Of a stretch of DNA of 64,000 nucleotides, positions 1-10,058 are shown one piece after another. A program made the translations under genes and the position numbers. How positions within the stretch are numbered: position 1 is the stretch's first letter; every line of letters begins with the position of its first letter. The notes under the pieces are model-generated. The model did not search any database. It was given only the letters and a program-made list of their open reading frames with translations, and was not told the DNA's origin. Origin of the DNA: Histomonas meleagridis 2922-C6/04-290x (lineage: Eukaryota > Protista > Parabasalia); assembly GCA_020184695.1 (NCBI GenBank), contig JAANOX010000280.1, forward strand, positions 1 to 64,000, in the 5' to 3' direction.

Positions 1-1
1 A

Positions 2-385
2 ATGGATTTGTGCACAATGTTTAGCGCAAATTCCGAGGAGACTGTTTACACGGAGATTATTAATGAATTGTTGAATGCAACTGTAAATTGTGGAAGATAC
101 CTAAAAGACGTGGTGTTAAATACAAAGCTTATCTTCGAAAACGTGTCAATGACACAAATGATGTTGGTTTTCTCTCGAGAAAAATTCTTAAATGCAGATG
201 AAACAAAAAATGTTTTGGTCATATTGAAGATGTTCGGTAAATTGGTCGAGAAAAATGAAAGTCAAGAAAATAAAGATACATGGAAAGATATGTTGAATAC
301 TTTCGATGATAAAATTAAAAATAAGAAATTGTTGGAATATATTAATAATAATAATATAGAAGAAATGTTAATGATCGAGCTATGA
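2..385 (+). CDS. Hypothetical protein, probably the 3' part of a gene cut by the window edge
   Basis: 127-codon helical-looking ORF from the window edge to TGA; no family recognised. Confidence 0.5.
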   Translation: MDLCTMFSANSEETVYTEIINELLNATVNCGRYLKDVVLNTKLIFENVSMTQMMLVFSREKFLNADETKNVLVILKMFGKLVEKNESQENKDTWKDMLNTFDDKIKNKKLLEYINNNNIEEMLMIEL

Positions 386-389
386 ATAA

Positions 390-1450
390 ACATTATCCAT
401 TTATGTAATATTCCAAATTATTTGCAGCATCTTTCAGGAAACGTTGCATTAATTATTGGCGTTCAATTCATGAATTTATAAGCAAAGTTAATTGTGTCTG
501 CATTTATACAAATTGGGATGTTATATGTATATGGCGGTCTATCAACGAATAAATTAATTGTTGATTGGACTGATGTTTTGAAATTTTTTTCGATGAGATT
601 CAAGACATTGGATTCCAATGATTTCGAGAGATCTATCAATAAAATAATGTTTTACGTTAAGTGCGACAAACTTTTTATACAAATTCACATAAAATCGAGA
701 ATCATTTTATTCAGATAATAAATGCAAGCATAAGCTGTTGTTTTCCTTATATATAGAAAAGAGTTTCTAAAGACATCACTTTTCTTATATATCCACTTTT
801 AAGAAAAAAGAGTTATTATAAGGTAAAAGAAATTCCTTGTATCATCTCATACCTTCAATCAGAAACGAGTTCAACCGAAGGCAAAAATTTCCAAATGCGT
901 TAAGCACGCTGAACTATGTTAAACCTATTTGGGAGACTTGAGTATAACAAATAAAAACAACGCAATAACAGTTATAGTGAAATCTGATTTCAATATTTTT
1001 TATTCAATATTTAATATTTGATTTAAATTTCTGTAGCTAATCTTGAACAGTTCTTAATATATTTCTCTACCAACTGTCCGAACATGTCTCGTTGAATACT
1101 TCTTTGTGTATCTTATTCAACAAAGCTGTGTATCCCATGTAAAAGTCTCTTTCTTCTTACAAGTTGTTGCTTATTATTCTCTATCTAATGTTGTGTATAT
1201 TGCACAAGATATAACGTGAATAGGTATTTCAACCACATTCAGCGCATAATGTAACCCATTATCATATTGATTGTGGATTGCCATCCAAATTTAGGTGTAA
1301 TAAATTAATCCTTGATAAGCAATGTTTGAAGATGATTTAACTTTGGTATAACTCATTCACCTCCAATTTTATTATTATGTTTAAAGAGCTTTCGTTTGTT
1401 CATCATTCATTAGTGAACAATTATTTGTGATTTCAATTATAAATGAGTGC
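390..1450 (-). pseudogene. Heavily decayed DDE transposase-like relic (hAT-like, tentative)
   Basis: Manual minus-strand translation across many stops and shifts gives, in order, LLHLNLDGNPQS (strand + D), YILCNIH (CxxH), a TRF motif (cf. hAT TRW) and NS*IER (cf. SxxERxFS). No TIRs found. Confidence 0.3.
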
Positions 1451-1805
1451 TTATGTGGAAAGGTTAAAAGTGAATTGATAAAAGAAGCTTCAAATTGGAT
1501 GAATTGAAGGAAGCAATGAACAAAGAATTTTTTGTTAAATACCAACAAGTGCTTCTTCAATTAAAGTCATGCTTAAAGATTTTTTGTACCTTCAAATTAA
1601 AATATTATCAAGGAAGCAAGTTAAGCCATCAAATTTATGAATGTAAGTTCACTAAATATCCTGTTTTTGGAGTATTCCAGATTTTTAATAAATTTTTTCT
1701 TTTGATATGGATATTGAGCTATTTTTTGCAAACTTCAGAAATAAATTTTTGAATTTTGTTTTTTTGCAAGCTAATAAATACGTTAACGTATGAGAAAAAA
1801 AATTA

Positions 1806-2933
1806 ATGATTGATGGAAACAGTCGCTCTTTATTCAGCCAAGACTTGTCTTTAAGTAAAACATACAGTCTAACAAATCAAAATTATGACACGGAAGATCT
1901 TGATGAAAAAATTAGAGATCTTCAAACTCAAATTTCCAATACAGAAGACCTCATTCAAAGTACACAACGTTTAAAAGATGAAAGAAAACAAAGGTATGTA
2001 AAGCAAATTCAAGAACTTGAAAAAGAACTAAGCGAAGCAAAAGATTTTGCCAACCAAGAAATATTAAAACAAAAGAAAGAACACACAAAAGGAATCCAAG
2101 CCCTTAAGGAACAGCTTTCAAATGAAATTAAAAAAATTATTTCTGATTTCAATCAAAATTCTCCTCCAGATCAAATCATTGAGCAAAATCAAAGAGATTT
2201 GTCAATTATAGGAGAAAAGAACTCCATTACAGAGATTGAAATGGAGCTAGAAGTTGAACAAGCCAAATTAATACAATCAAAATTAATTGCCAAAAATGCA
2301 AAAATCCAAAAGCAACTTACAAAGTCCAAAGAAAATTATAACTCTGAACGCAAAATGCATCAACTAGAAGACGAAATTTTAATGATTCAATCAGAACATC
2401 GAAATTGGATACGCGAAATTCGGAGCAACATCAAAGGTCTTATAGACTCAATCAATACTCGTGAACATAATCATAATGTATTAGTCGAACAAATGAAGAA
2501 AGAGATTGTCAATCGGGAAAAAAGTAATCAAATTCATATTAACTCAATTAACCAAATTGTTTCAAAGGAAAAAGAACAAGAAACAAATGAAGCAGAATTT
2601 TTTAATAAGAAGATGGAAAGTTTACAAGCTATTTATCAATCAATATCACAAAAGGGCAATATTCAATTACAAATGATAATGAAAGATATCGAAAGGCTAA
2701 AGAAAATGCTCGAAGAGTCCAAAAAATCCGAAGCGCAATCACAGGAAAATGTTAAGAAACAAATAATTAAAACACAACAACTAAGGAAAGAAATAGAGAA
2801 ACAAAGAAACAGCATCACTTCAATGGAGCTTGAAATAAGCAGAATATCTGAAGAAAACAAATCATCGATGGAAATGCAGAAAAGAAATACAACAAATTAT
2901 AGTTCATTAAGGTCATTATCAATTCTATATTAA
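1806..2933 (+). CDS. Coiled-coil hypothetical protein (375 aa)
   Basis: Long ATG ORF, E/K/Q-rich heptad-like composition throughout. Confidence 0.8.
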   Translation: MIDGNSRSLFSQDLSLSKTYSLTNQNYDTEDLDEKIRDLQTQISNTEDLIQSTQRLKDERKQRYVKQIQELEKELSEAKDFANQEILKQKKEHTKGIQALKEQLSNEIKKIISDFNQNSPPDQIIEQNQRDLSIIGEKNSITEIEMELEVEQAKLIQSKLIAKNAKIQKQLTKSKENYNSERKMHQLEDEILMIQSEHRNWIREIRSNIKGLIDSINTREHNHNVLVEQMKKEIVNREKSNQIHINSINQIVSKEKEQETNEAEFFNKKMESLQAIYQSISQKGNIQLQMIMKDIERLKKMLEESKKSEAQSQENVKKQIIKTQQLRKEIEKQRNSITSMELEISRISEENKSSMEMQKRNTTNYSSLRSLSILY

Positions 2934-3256
2934 CAGTATTTCTTTTGTTTTGAATAAATTTGTTTTTATATATAAATTTTTTTTAATTATCATCAAATGA
3001 GCTTTGGTTGAATATAAACAAGAAGTTAAAGTGACTTTAATCCAGAACTCAAATCTATATTTGTAAACGCTTACTTTAATATATAAAGCAATGTCTATAG
3101 ATGAAGCTATCAGGTTTAAGGATTTTATAAATCAAAATTATTAAACAGATTCAGACTTCAATAAAATTATTTTTTTCATGATTTTTGAAGCGACCGTTTA
3201 TTAACGTTTTCTCTCATCAAAATTAAAAACACATCAAACCAAAATCAGTTTGCAAC

Positions 3257-4633
3257 TTGATCACTTATAAAAGCAATAGCAAACGATATTGGAAGCGCCC
3301 AAGACAATTACTCTGTACGGATGAGAATGTTATTGATTTAAATGATGGAGGTGAAAATCCAGAATATTTTTTTAAAACATTTAAAAAAAGTTTTGTATGT
3401 TTTGACGAAGGCGTACTTTTAAAGTGCATGGAATTCCTATTGGATATGACTCAAAATCATAACTTTCCAAACTTTGATTTATTTAAGAATCATTCAATAC
3501 ATACAATTTTGCTACACTTAACAGAAAAAATGAATCAACTACCATATAGGATAATGTCATTAAATATAATCAATAATTTTGCCATCTCTTCCAATAGGAA
3601 TTTCATTCATTTGTTCATTGGAAGTAATCTTCTTGGCATGCTCTCCGACATTTTAGATGAACCTAATCTACTGCCATTAGTTTTAAAGATTTTTTCAAAT
3701 ATATGTCACTTATCTGTTGAAGTCCATAATTTCATTATTCAAAAAGTTTCATTGCAAAATGTTTTTTCCCTTATTTTAGGTTGTCTTCCCAATTGTGGTG
3801 ATCAATTTATTCAAGATAATTTACGAACATATTCTGAATATATCCATAAAATCAGCATCACATATATACATATAAAAAGAATTCCAATTATATTTGAAGG
3901 CACATCAGTGATTATTTCCCAATTTCCAATTGATTTTATCCATTTATTTTGCAAAATATTTATTACAATTGCAAAATTCACAGAATTAAACGGATTCATT
4001 GAATTAATGGATAAGTACGAAATACCAAACAAATTAATTGCTGTATTAACTCATAATATTCAGCAACTAAATATCAATGAAAATTTTTATTTACATCTTA
4101 TCGTTATCCTAAGTGAATACTATTGTAAATCCCACAGAGATGACATTGCGCTAGACTATGATCTTTTCATTGCTCTTTGTAATGAAAACAATCCGCAAAA
4201 TATTCGAACTTCAACTTTATATTTAATTGGGAATTTGTTCGAATCTGTACCTCAAACTATTGACGTGTTCATTTCGAAAGGAATTCTCGATTTTTTCGTG
4301 GCGGAATTTAATTCGGGGATTTGTCAAGTGAAAACTGAAATTGCGATTTGTTTGGCAAAAATCATTATATATGGTACAGATGACTTAAGAATACAAATGT
4401 TTGATCTTGGAATTATGGAAAATCTTTTCGATATCACTTTGGCACACATGGATTTTGATTCAATTCATGAGGTGTACATACACGCAATCGCTTTGTTGCT
4501 AAATTCACTAGAAAATAAAAATGGAATTGAATTTGTGATGCAGCAATTAGAAGAAATTAATGGAAAGTGGTTGATCGAACAATGCCTTGAAGAAAATGGA
4601 AATATGTTTGACCTTGAAAGATATTTAAGCTAG
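3257..4633 (+). CDS. Armadillo/importin-alpha-like repeat protein (458 aa); apparent TTG start
   Basis: ARM-like helices (LPLVLKIFSNIC, TLYLIGNL, VKTEIAICLAKII). The N-terminus xITYKS..KR resembles MISFKKE..KR of the paralog at 48013. First in-frame ATG is only at 3428. Confidence 0.75.
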   Translation: MITYKSNSKRYWKRPRQLLCTDENVIDLNDGGENPEYFFKTFKKSFVCFDEGVLLKCMEFLLDMTQNHNFPNFDLFKNHSIHTILLHLTEKMNQLPYRIMSLNIINNFAISSNRNFIHLFIGSNLLGMLSDILDEPNLLPLVLKIFSNICHLSVEVHNFIIQKVSLQNVFSLILGCLPNCGDQFIQDNLRTYSEYIHKISITYIHIKRIPIIFEGTSVIISQFPIDFIHLFCKIFITIAKFTELNGFIELMDKYEIPNKLIAVLTHNIQQLNINENFYLHLIVILSEYYCKSHRDDIALDYDLFIALCNENNPQNIRTSTLYLIGNLFESVPQTIDVFISKGILDFFVAEFNSGICQVKTEIAICLAKIIIYGTDDLRIQMFDLGIMENLFDITLAHMDFDSIHEVYIHAIALLLNSLENKNGIEFVMQQLEEINGKWLIEQCLEENGNMFDLERYLS

Positions 4634-5219
4634 ATTATTGTAATGCTATAAGATTCGACATCAAGATTTTGGTGAAAATCACTGCGTCACTTTTCAATTA
4701 ATTAATTAAAAAATTTCTAGAAATAACGATAAATATTTTCTGTTAAAAACGATTTTTTAACCATTGAATTCCACATCGGTGACCACTTGTTTTGTGGGTT
4801 TCACTCAATTTTGAGAACTGACAAAACTTTCAAAAAGTGAACAAATTTTATGGCTGGACAGTCAGTCACTTTTATGGACTTTTTGTGCGTACGATAGAGA
4901 GCATGCCAATAGACTTAATCTTTTGTTGTTTGCTCACATCAGTTTTCATTTTTTTAAATTTCCATTTTTTAACGATTTTATGAATTTTATATCGTTTCTA
5001 GTGTTTTGGTGATTGGTTTTTTGGTTTTTATAGTTTTTATTTAAAAATCCGAAAACAAAAATTTGAATCTCCGGATGTACGTTAACCTCACAATCATTTG
5101 GTGCCGGTGGCGATCTTCCCACACACAAAAATTGAATCCCCACCATAAATTTCAATAGATAACCAAAGCTTTCAGAAATTAGTGTTCAGACCATTCAATT
5201 ATTGTCATCATTCTTTTTG

Positions 5220-6632
5220 ATGCTTGAAGTCCCAAACAGTTCTAAAATGTCTCCTCCTGCAATATTATTAAAACAAAGAAAAGACGCAGATTTCTTTCCT
5301 CAATCATGCCAACCTTTTACCGAAAATAATGAAAAAATAACATCATTATCATTATCTGTTGTTATTAATAATTTAATACCGCACATAAAGCAACAAATAG
5401 CGCAACTGAATTTTGACGCTATTGAAGGACTGCCAGTATTAATTCGTATATTTATTGATAACTTAGGTGAAGACGGATTAAATCTTGTTACCAATGAAAT
5501 TTTACCTGCCCTTCATGAGGCATTTCATTTAAACAATTCAGCATTCGCTATTAAGAAATTAACAAATCTAATCTCAAATACTGTATGTTCTATTCCACCA
5601 AGTCATCGTGATAAAGTTTTAACAGACATTATTGCCAAGGACTCATCCAGTAACGAAGCTCAATTTCGTTCACTTGCCGCAACTTTATCACAATATGTTC
5701 TTGATTCAGATAAAATCATCAGCTATATTCGTGCATTACTTCTTGATCGTGTTCCACAGGTAAAAGTTGATCTTCTCAAAGCTCTTCCGAACTCTAATTT
5801 TGATTACGAGTTTATCCAATATGTTATTCGTAACACTATCAAAGATCGAAACCCAAAAGTTCGAAGAGAAACAGCGCCAATTATTGCTAAATTATGCCCA
5901 AATTGCTATGATCTTTATCAAATTCTTTTCCATGATAAAGATACAGCAAAATCAGCATTTCGAAACATCAAGCCAATTGTTAAAGCCAATGGGTTCAAAA
6001 CAGTTTTACCTGATTTCCGTGAAGGCATGAAATATGAAATCGAATCTTCTGCAGCAGCTTTGATAAACTTATCAAGAATCATTGATGAATCCGAACAAGA
6101 GCTTCTTCTTAACTGTTGCCTTGATGTAAAGTTTTCACCAATCTTTATCCAGCACTTGTACAAGTTCTCTCTTGTTTTTAAGGAAAAAGATTTCTTTTTG
6201 AACTTTTTGAATCCACGGGGCGCCCCAAACTGGCGAATCAAAAAGTCGCTTATCGATCAGACGATACAATTTGTTGGAACATTGCATTCAAAGCTTTGCC
6301 CAATAGCAGAAATGTATTCTAATGATCCCGTTGCTGTTATTAGGAATGAATCTATCGAATTATGGAAAACACTTATTGATGATAATGAAATTAATGTTTT
6401 CGAAGCAAAGAAATTAATGAATGATAATTGGCAAACAAGACTCGTACTTGCAAAGTTAATCGTAAAATGTGGTTTTCCGACTTCGTTGGATAAGGAATTC
6501 CAAATGCTTTGTAATGATGAGGTATCAAACATAAGATTTTTCTTGGCAAAGAGTACTGTGGATAATACAGAACTATTTAAGAAATATTTCGGAAACTCAA
6601 AAGACGAAGATATAATTATGTTATCAAAATAA
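5220..6632 (+). CDS. HEAT-repeat protein, PP2A scaffold (A subunit)-like
   Basis: Repeated D/N-x-x-P-x-V-R/K motifs (DRVPQVK, DRNPKVRRETA, DPVAVIR, DEVSNIR) and NWRIK/NWQTR. ATG at 5220 or 5247. Confidence 0.75.
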   Translation: MLEVPNSSKMSPPAILLKQRKDADFFPQSCQPFTENNEKITSLSLSVVINNLIPHIKQQIAQLNFDAIEGLPVLIRIFIDNLGEDGLNLVTNEILPALHEAFHLNNSAFAIKKLTNLISNTVCSIPPSHRDKVLTDIIAKDSSSNEAQFRSLAATLSQYVLDSDKIISYIRALLLDRVPQVKVDLLKALPNSNFDYEFIQYVIRNTIKDRNPKVRRETAPIIAKLCPNCYDLYQILFHDKDTAKSAFRNIKPIVKANGFKTVLPDFREGMKYEIESSAAALINLSRIIDESEQELLLNCCLDVKFSPIFIQHLYKFSLVFKEKDFFLNFLNPRGAPNWRIKKSLIDQTIQFVGTLHSKLCPIAEMYSNDPVAVIRNESIELWKTLIDDNEINVFEAKKLMNDNWQTRLVLAKLIVKCGFPTSLDKEFQMLCNDEVSNIRFFLAKSTVDNTELFKKYFGNSKDEDIIMLSK

Positions 6633-6952
6633 GGCGTTTAGAATAAATATAGAGATTTTAAATACATTTTTTTACTTAATGATTTTGAATGAACGATACA
6701 AAATTCAATACAAAATTATCGTTGTTGCATTGAAATTCGTTATCGTTTTATGCGTATCAAACATTTTAATTACTTCAAAACCATTTTAATCCATAATGTG
6801 TTATGAAATGTGTTCCTTCCATAGATTCTTTTTACACGTTCTATGGTGAATAAAAATATAGAGATGATGACAATGGCCGATCAGATTTTTGTGTAGTTTA
6901 TTTTGAAGAAAAAGATTATGAAAAGACGTTAAAATGCCACTTTTCTCATTTC

Positions 6953-7438
6953 ATGGAAAGTCCAAAGATAACTCCTATTGAGCCACCAGAGCATTGGAAA
7001 ATTCGTGAGTGTAAAGACTACCCAGGTAGATGTTATTATTACTCAGAACTTTATAATAAATCTACTTGGAATAAACCAAATACAATACCTGAATATGTTT
7101 ATATTTTTCAAATACTTTTAAAGCATAAAGACAGCATTTGCCCATATACAAAAGATGGAGAAGTTTTGCGAACAAAAGAAGAAGCACTTGAATTAATCAC
7201 AGAATTTCGGAATCAGTTGGTTTCTGATATAGCTTCACTTCCATTATCGTTTATGGATATGGCAAATGATGTTTCAGATGCTGTGGATGGTGATGACTCT
7301 GGTGGATGCATGGGATGGGTAAATAAAAAACAAGTTCCTGAATCTTTTGCAGAAGCAGTTTGGAAGCTCGAGATTGGGGATGTTTCAGAAGTAATTGAAA
7401 CACCATTAGGTTTGCATTTGATTTATCGAATGGGATGA
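6953..7438 (+). CDS. WW-domain parvulin-type PPIase (Pin1/Ess1-like), divergent active site
   Basis: WW domain (PEHW..GRCYYY..STWNKP) plus rotamase domain (ILLKH..RTKEEA..GGCMGW..FAEAVW.LEIGDVSEVIET..GLHLI). TCATT Inr just upstream. Confidence 0.85.
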   Translation: MESPKITPIEPPEHWKIRECKDYPGRCYYYSELYNKSTWNKPNTIPEYVYIFQILLKHKDSICPYTKDGEVLRTKEEALELITEFRNQLVSDIASLPLSFMDMANDVSDAVDGDDSGGCMGWVNKKQVPESFAEAVWKLEIGDVSEVIETPLGLHLIYRMG

Positions 7439-7594
7439 AATATAAAATTGTTTGTAATATTATATAATAAAATGTTCATGTTATTTATTTTATTTCTTGC
7501 GTTAAGACCAAAACTTTATAATCCAAGTTAAAGTGGAATTTCCATAATTGCGATATTCACTAGGTTTGTTTTACGATACATCTACAGCCAAGAA

Positions 7595-8209
7595 ATGGAA
7601 GATTCACAAATTATCCCAGGGCGAATATTAAACTTTCTAATTCTTGGTGTAGAAAACAATGATTCGGCTCTTTTCCTTGAATCTTTCTTATCTAAAGAAA
7701 AACCCAATGAATCAAATCTTCGTGATACTTCATTCTTGTTAATGAGTACTGTTGCATTACAATGGGGTCAAGAAGTACTATGCGTCAATCTCACTATTGT
7801 TCCATCGGCAGCACGTTTATCATTTGCAGCAACTTCGGCATATGAAAAAGCAGATGCAGCATTATTTATTACATCATCTCCTTCTATTGATAGCTTACAG
7901 ATATTAGAGAGATGGATGAAGGAAATAAAATCAAGAGCAACAAATCATAATGTTTCAACTTTTTTCATTATCCAAAAGCAAGATAACCAAAAGATGCAAG
8001 AAAAAGTAACATCAAATTCTCTCATTCTTGGGAAAGGTTTCGATGATGTAATTCAAATATCAAAAGGAAGTTCTGAACAAGCACAAAATGTTGTTAAAAA
8101 TCTTGTTTGGCATGTAATGGGAAACGAACCAAAACAATTAACAAACTCATATGGAACACTACTTGCAGTTGCTACGAAGGGAAATATTTCTTTCGGAAAC
8201 ATATTTTAG
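7595..8209 (+). CDS. Degenerate small GTPase-fold (Ras/Rab-like) protein
   Basis: Ras-like layout (NFLILG, AYEKADAALFI, SLQILERWMKEIK, FFIIQKQD), but the G1 and G3 motifs are degenerate. Confidence 0.55.
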   Translation: MEDSQIIPGRILNFLILGVENNDSALFLESFLSKEKPNESNLRDTSFLLMSTVALQWGQEVLCVNLTIVPSAARLSFAATSAYEKADAALFITSSPSIDSLQILERWMKEIKSRATNHNVSTFFIIQKQDNQKMQEKVTSNSLILGKGFDDVIQISKGSSEQAQNVVKNLVWHVMGNEPKQLTNSYGTLLAVATKGNISFGNIF

Positions 8210-8251
8210 TAAATGTTTAAACACGATAAAAAATCCTAATAATGATTGTTT

Positions 8252-8941
8252 TTATTTTCGCCTTGGAGATTTCTGTTTGTTGAAATTTTTTTTTGTTCTA
8301 TTCATAAAATCTGATAAAAGTTCAATCTTTAAACCGTCTTTAGAATTGTACTGAATTCCCCTTTCAAGAACACTCTGTGCAATTCCTTCTTCTTTGAACT
8401 CAATTGTAGTTGTTCCTGTGTAAATTAATTTATCTAAATCTTTATCATATCTTCGTTCAAGTCCTATATACTCTATGAGACCAGCAAAGTCAGGTATGCT
8501 TGTGAAAAATTCTTCTTGTTCACTAAGAGGTACATATGGACGAAAACCAGAAACTCGTATGGTTCGATAAGCTCTACGTGGATCCGAAGCAAATGGTTTC
8601 TTTGATTTGATTCCTTTCTGTTCATCAGCATCTAAGTATGGTGATGCACATCCTGCTTTGAATAATTTCTTTGGAGTTGATTTTAGTTGGCGAAGACGAT
8701 TACATTTTAATAAGAAATCATAAGATACATATCCCTCTGGATTTTTGATGATTTCGTTTCTAAATATTTGGTCATTTTCTAAATTGTTACCACTAAAGTA
8801 ATATTGAAGTTGTTCCATCCTTAATGTACGATTGGGATGTGGATCAGGAAAATCTCTATCTTCAGATTCACTGGCAGTATAATCATCTGGATCCTTTTCA
8901 AAGCCAAGTATTTTTGCAAAAAAGTCAAGCACTGCCTTCAT
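8252..8941 (-). CDS. La-motif + RRM RNA-binding protein (La/LARP family)
   Basis: QLQYYFSGNNL.ND.IF..EI...EGYV..DFLLKCNRL La motif followed by an RRM (TIRVSGF..GTTTIEF). Confidence 0.85.
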   Translation of the reverse strand: MKAVLDFFAKILGFEKDPDDYTASESEDRDFPDPHPNRTLRMEQLQYYFSGNNLENDQIFRNEIIKNPEGYVSYDFLLKCNRLRQLKSTPKKLFKAGCASPYLDADEQKGIKSKKPFASDPRRAYRTIRVSGFRPYVPLSEQEEFFTSIPDFAGLIEYIGLERRYDKDLDKLIYTGTTTIEFKEEGIAQSVLERGIQYNSKDGLKIELLSDFMNRTKKNFNKQKSPRRK

Positions 8942-9009
8942 GAAGTTGGATTTGGCACTTTTTTAGCGCCATTGTAAACGTTCGCTTATAACGTTCTCTA
9001 TATTAGGCT

Positions 9010-9687
9010 TTGAATAAAGTTCAAAGATTTCGGTGCATAGAAATTACACAGAAACTAATCAAGCACCCTGCTTCAGCACCATTCCGTTATCCTGTTGATG
9101 TTACGAAACCAGGGCTTGAAAATTATTACCAATATATTGATGATCCTCAAGATTTAACAACAATTGAAAAAAGATTAAAGAAAAAACACTACAGATCTGT
9201 CAGAGAATGGAAAAGAGATATTGGAACAATTTGGACTAATGCTTCAATTTTTACTGGTTCAGATAGTTATACCACTTTGCTTGCAAAACATCTTGAATCA
9301 GTTTTTAATAAAGAGCTGAAGATAATGTCAAGCACTACTCTTGCTGGCTGGATGAATCGAGTTCATGAACTAAAAGTTCAACTTAATGATTTAATTGAAT
9401 CACCTCCATCTTCTCTCAAAGACTCTGTTCCCATTGAAATGACTCGCCATAATAATTTGCAGCCATTTATGCCAAATGATTATATATATGTTTTTAATGC
9501 ATTAAAAACTCTTCCAAATCAGAACGATCGAGACCAATTAGCAGAAATGCTTGGGAACGCAGAAAATGAAATTGCACTTACAAAGCTGCCATTGTCAACT
9601 TTGCAAAACGCTAAGGCTTTTGTGAAAGAAAAAACACCAGATTCGAGGAGATCATTACTTGATATCCAATTGAATGTAACTCAATAA
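9010..9687 (+). CDS. Bromodomain protein; apparent TTG start
   Basis: HPASAPFRYPVD..YYQYIDDPQDLTTIEKRL..W.RDI..IWTNA bromodomain. In-frame TAG at 9004; first ATG (9325) lies after the domain. Confidence 0.85.
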   Translation: MNKVQRFRCIEITQKLIKHPASAPFRYPVDVTKPGLENYYQYIDDPQDLTTIEKRLKKKHYRSVREWKRDIGTIWTNASIFTGSDSYTTLLAKHLESVFNKELKIMSSTTLAGWMNRVHELKVQLNDLIESPPSSLKDSVPIEMTRHNNLQPFMPNDYIYVFNALKTLPNQNDRDQLAEMLGNAENEIALTKLPLSTLQNAKAFVKEKTPDSRRSLLDIQLNVTQ

Positions 9688-10058
9688 TGTGAAATGTATA
9701 TGAACTTAAACAAATTAATAAACTAAACTTTGAAAAATACTTTTTTATTGGAAATTAAAATTCTTCAATTTGTCGTGGTGTTTGAATTTTTGGGTTATTT
9801 AGAAACTATATAGAGTCAAGTTAAAAACCTGTTTTATGTAAATTCCAAAAAAAACATTAAACATTAAATCTTCATGAGGAACATATTTACCATTGGTATA
9901 TTAATATCAAATTTTTTTTTTTCACTAGGTCTGTCTGACGGAGAAAAAGTATTTTTGCCTGGTTGGGGTACCCGATCATATAAACTATATAAAGAACCTT
10001 TTGAATTGGATTGGTATAAATTGAGCCACAAACTTACTGTCAGAGCTCCACCAAAGGC

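Noticed and set aside
8940-9006. Upstream ATG plus GT..AG (8974-9006) intron to rescue the bromodomain start
   Set aside because: The ATG at 8940 hits TAG before the putative donor, and there is no branch motif.
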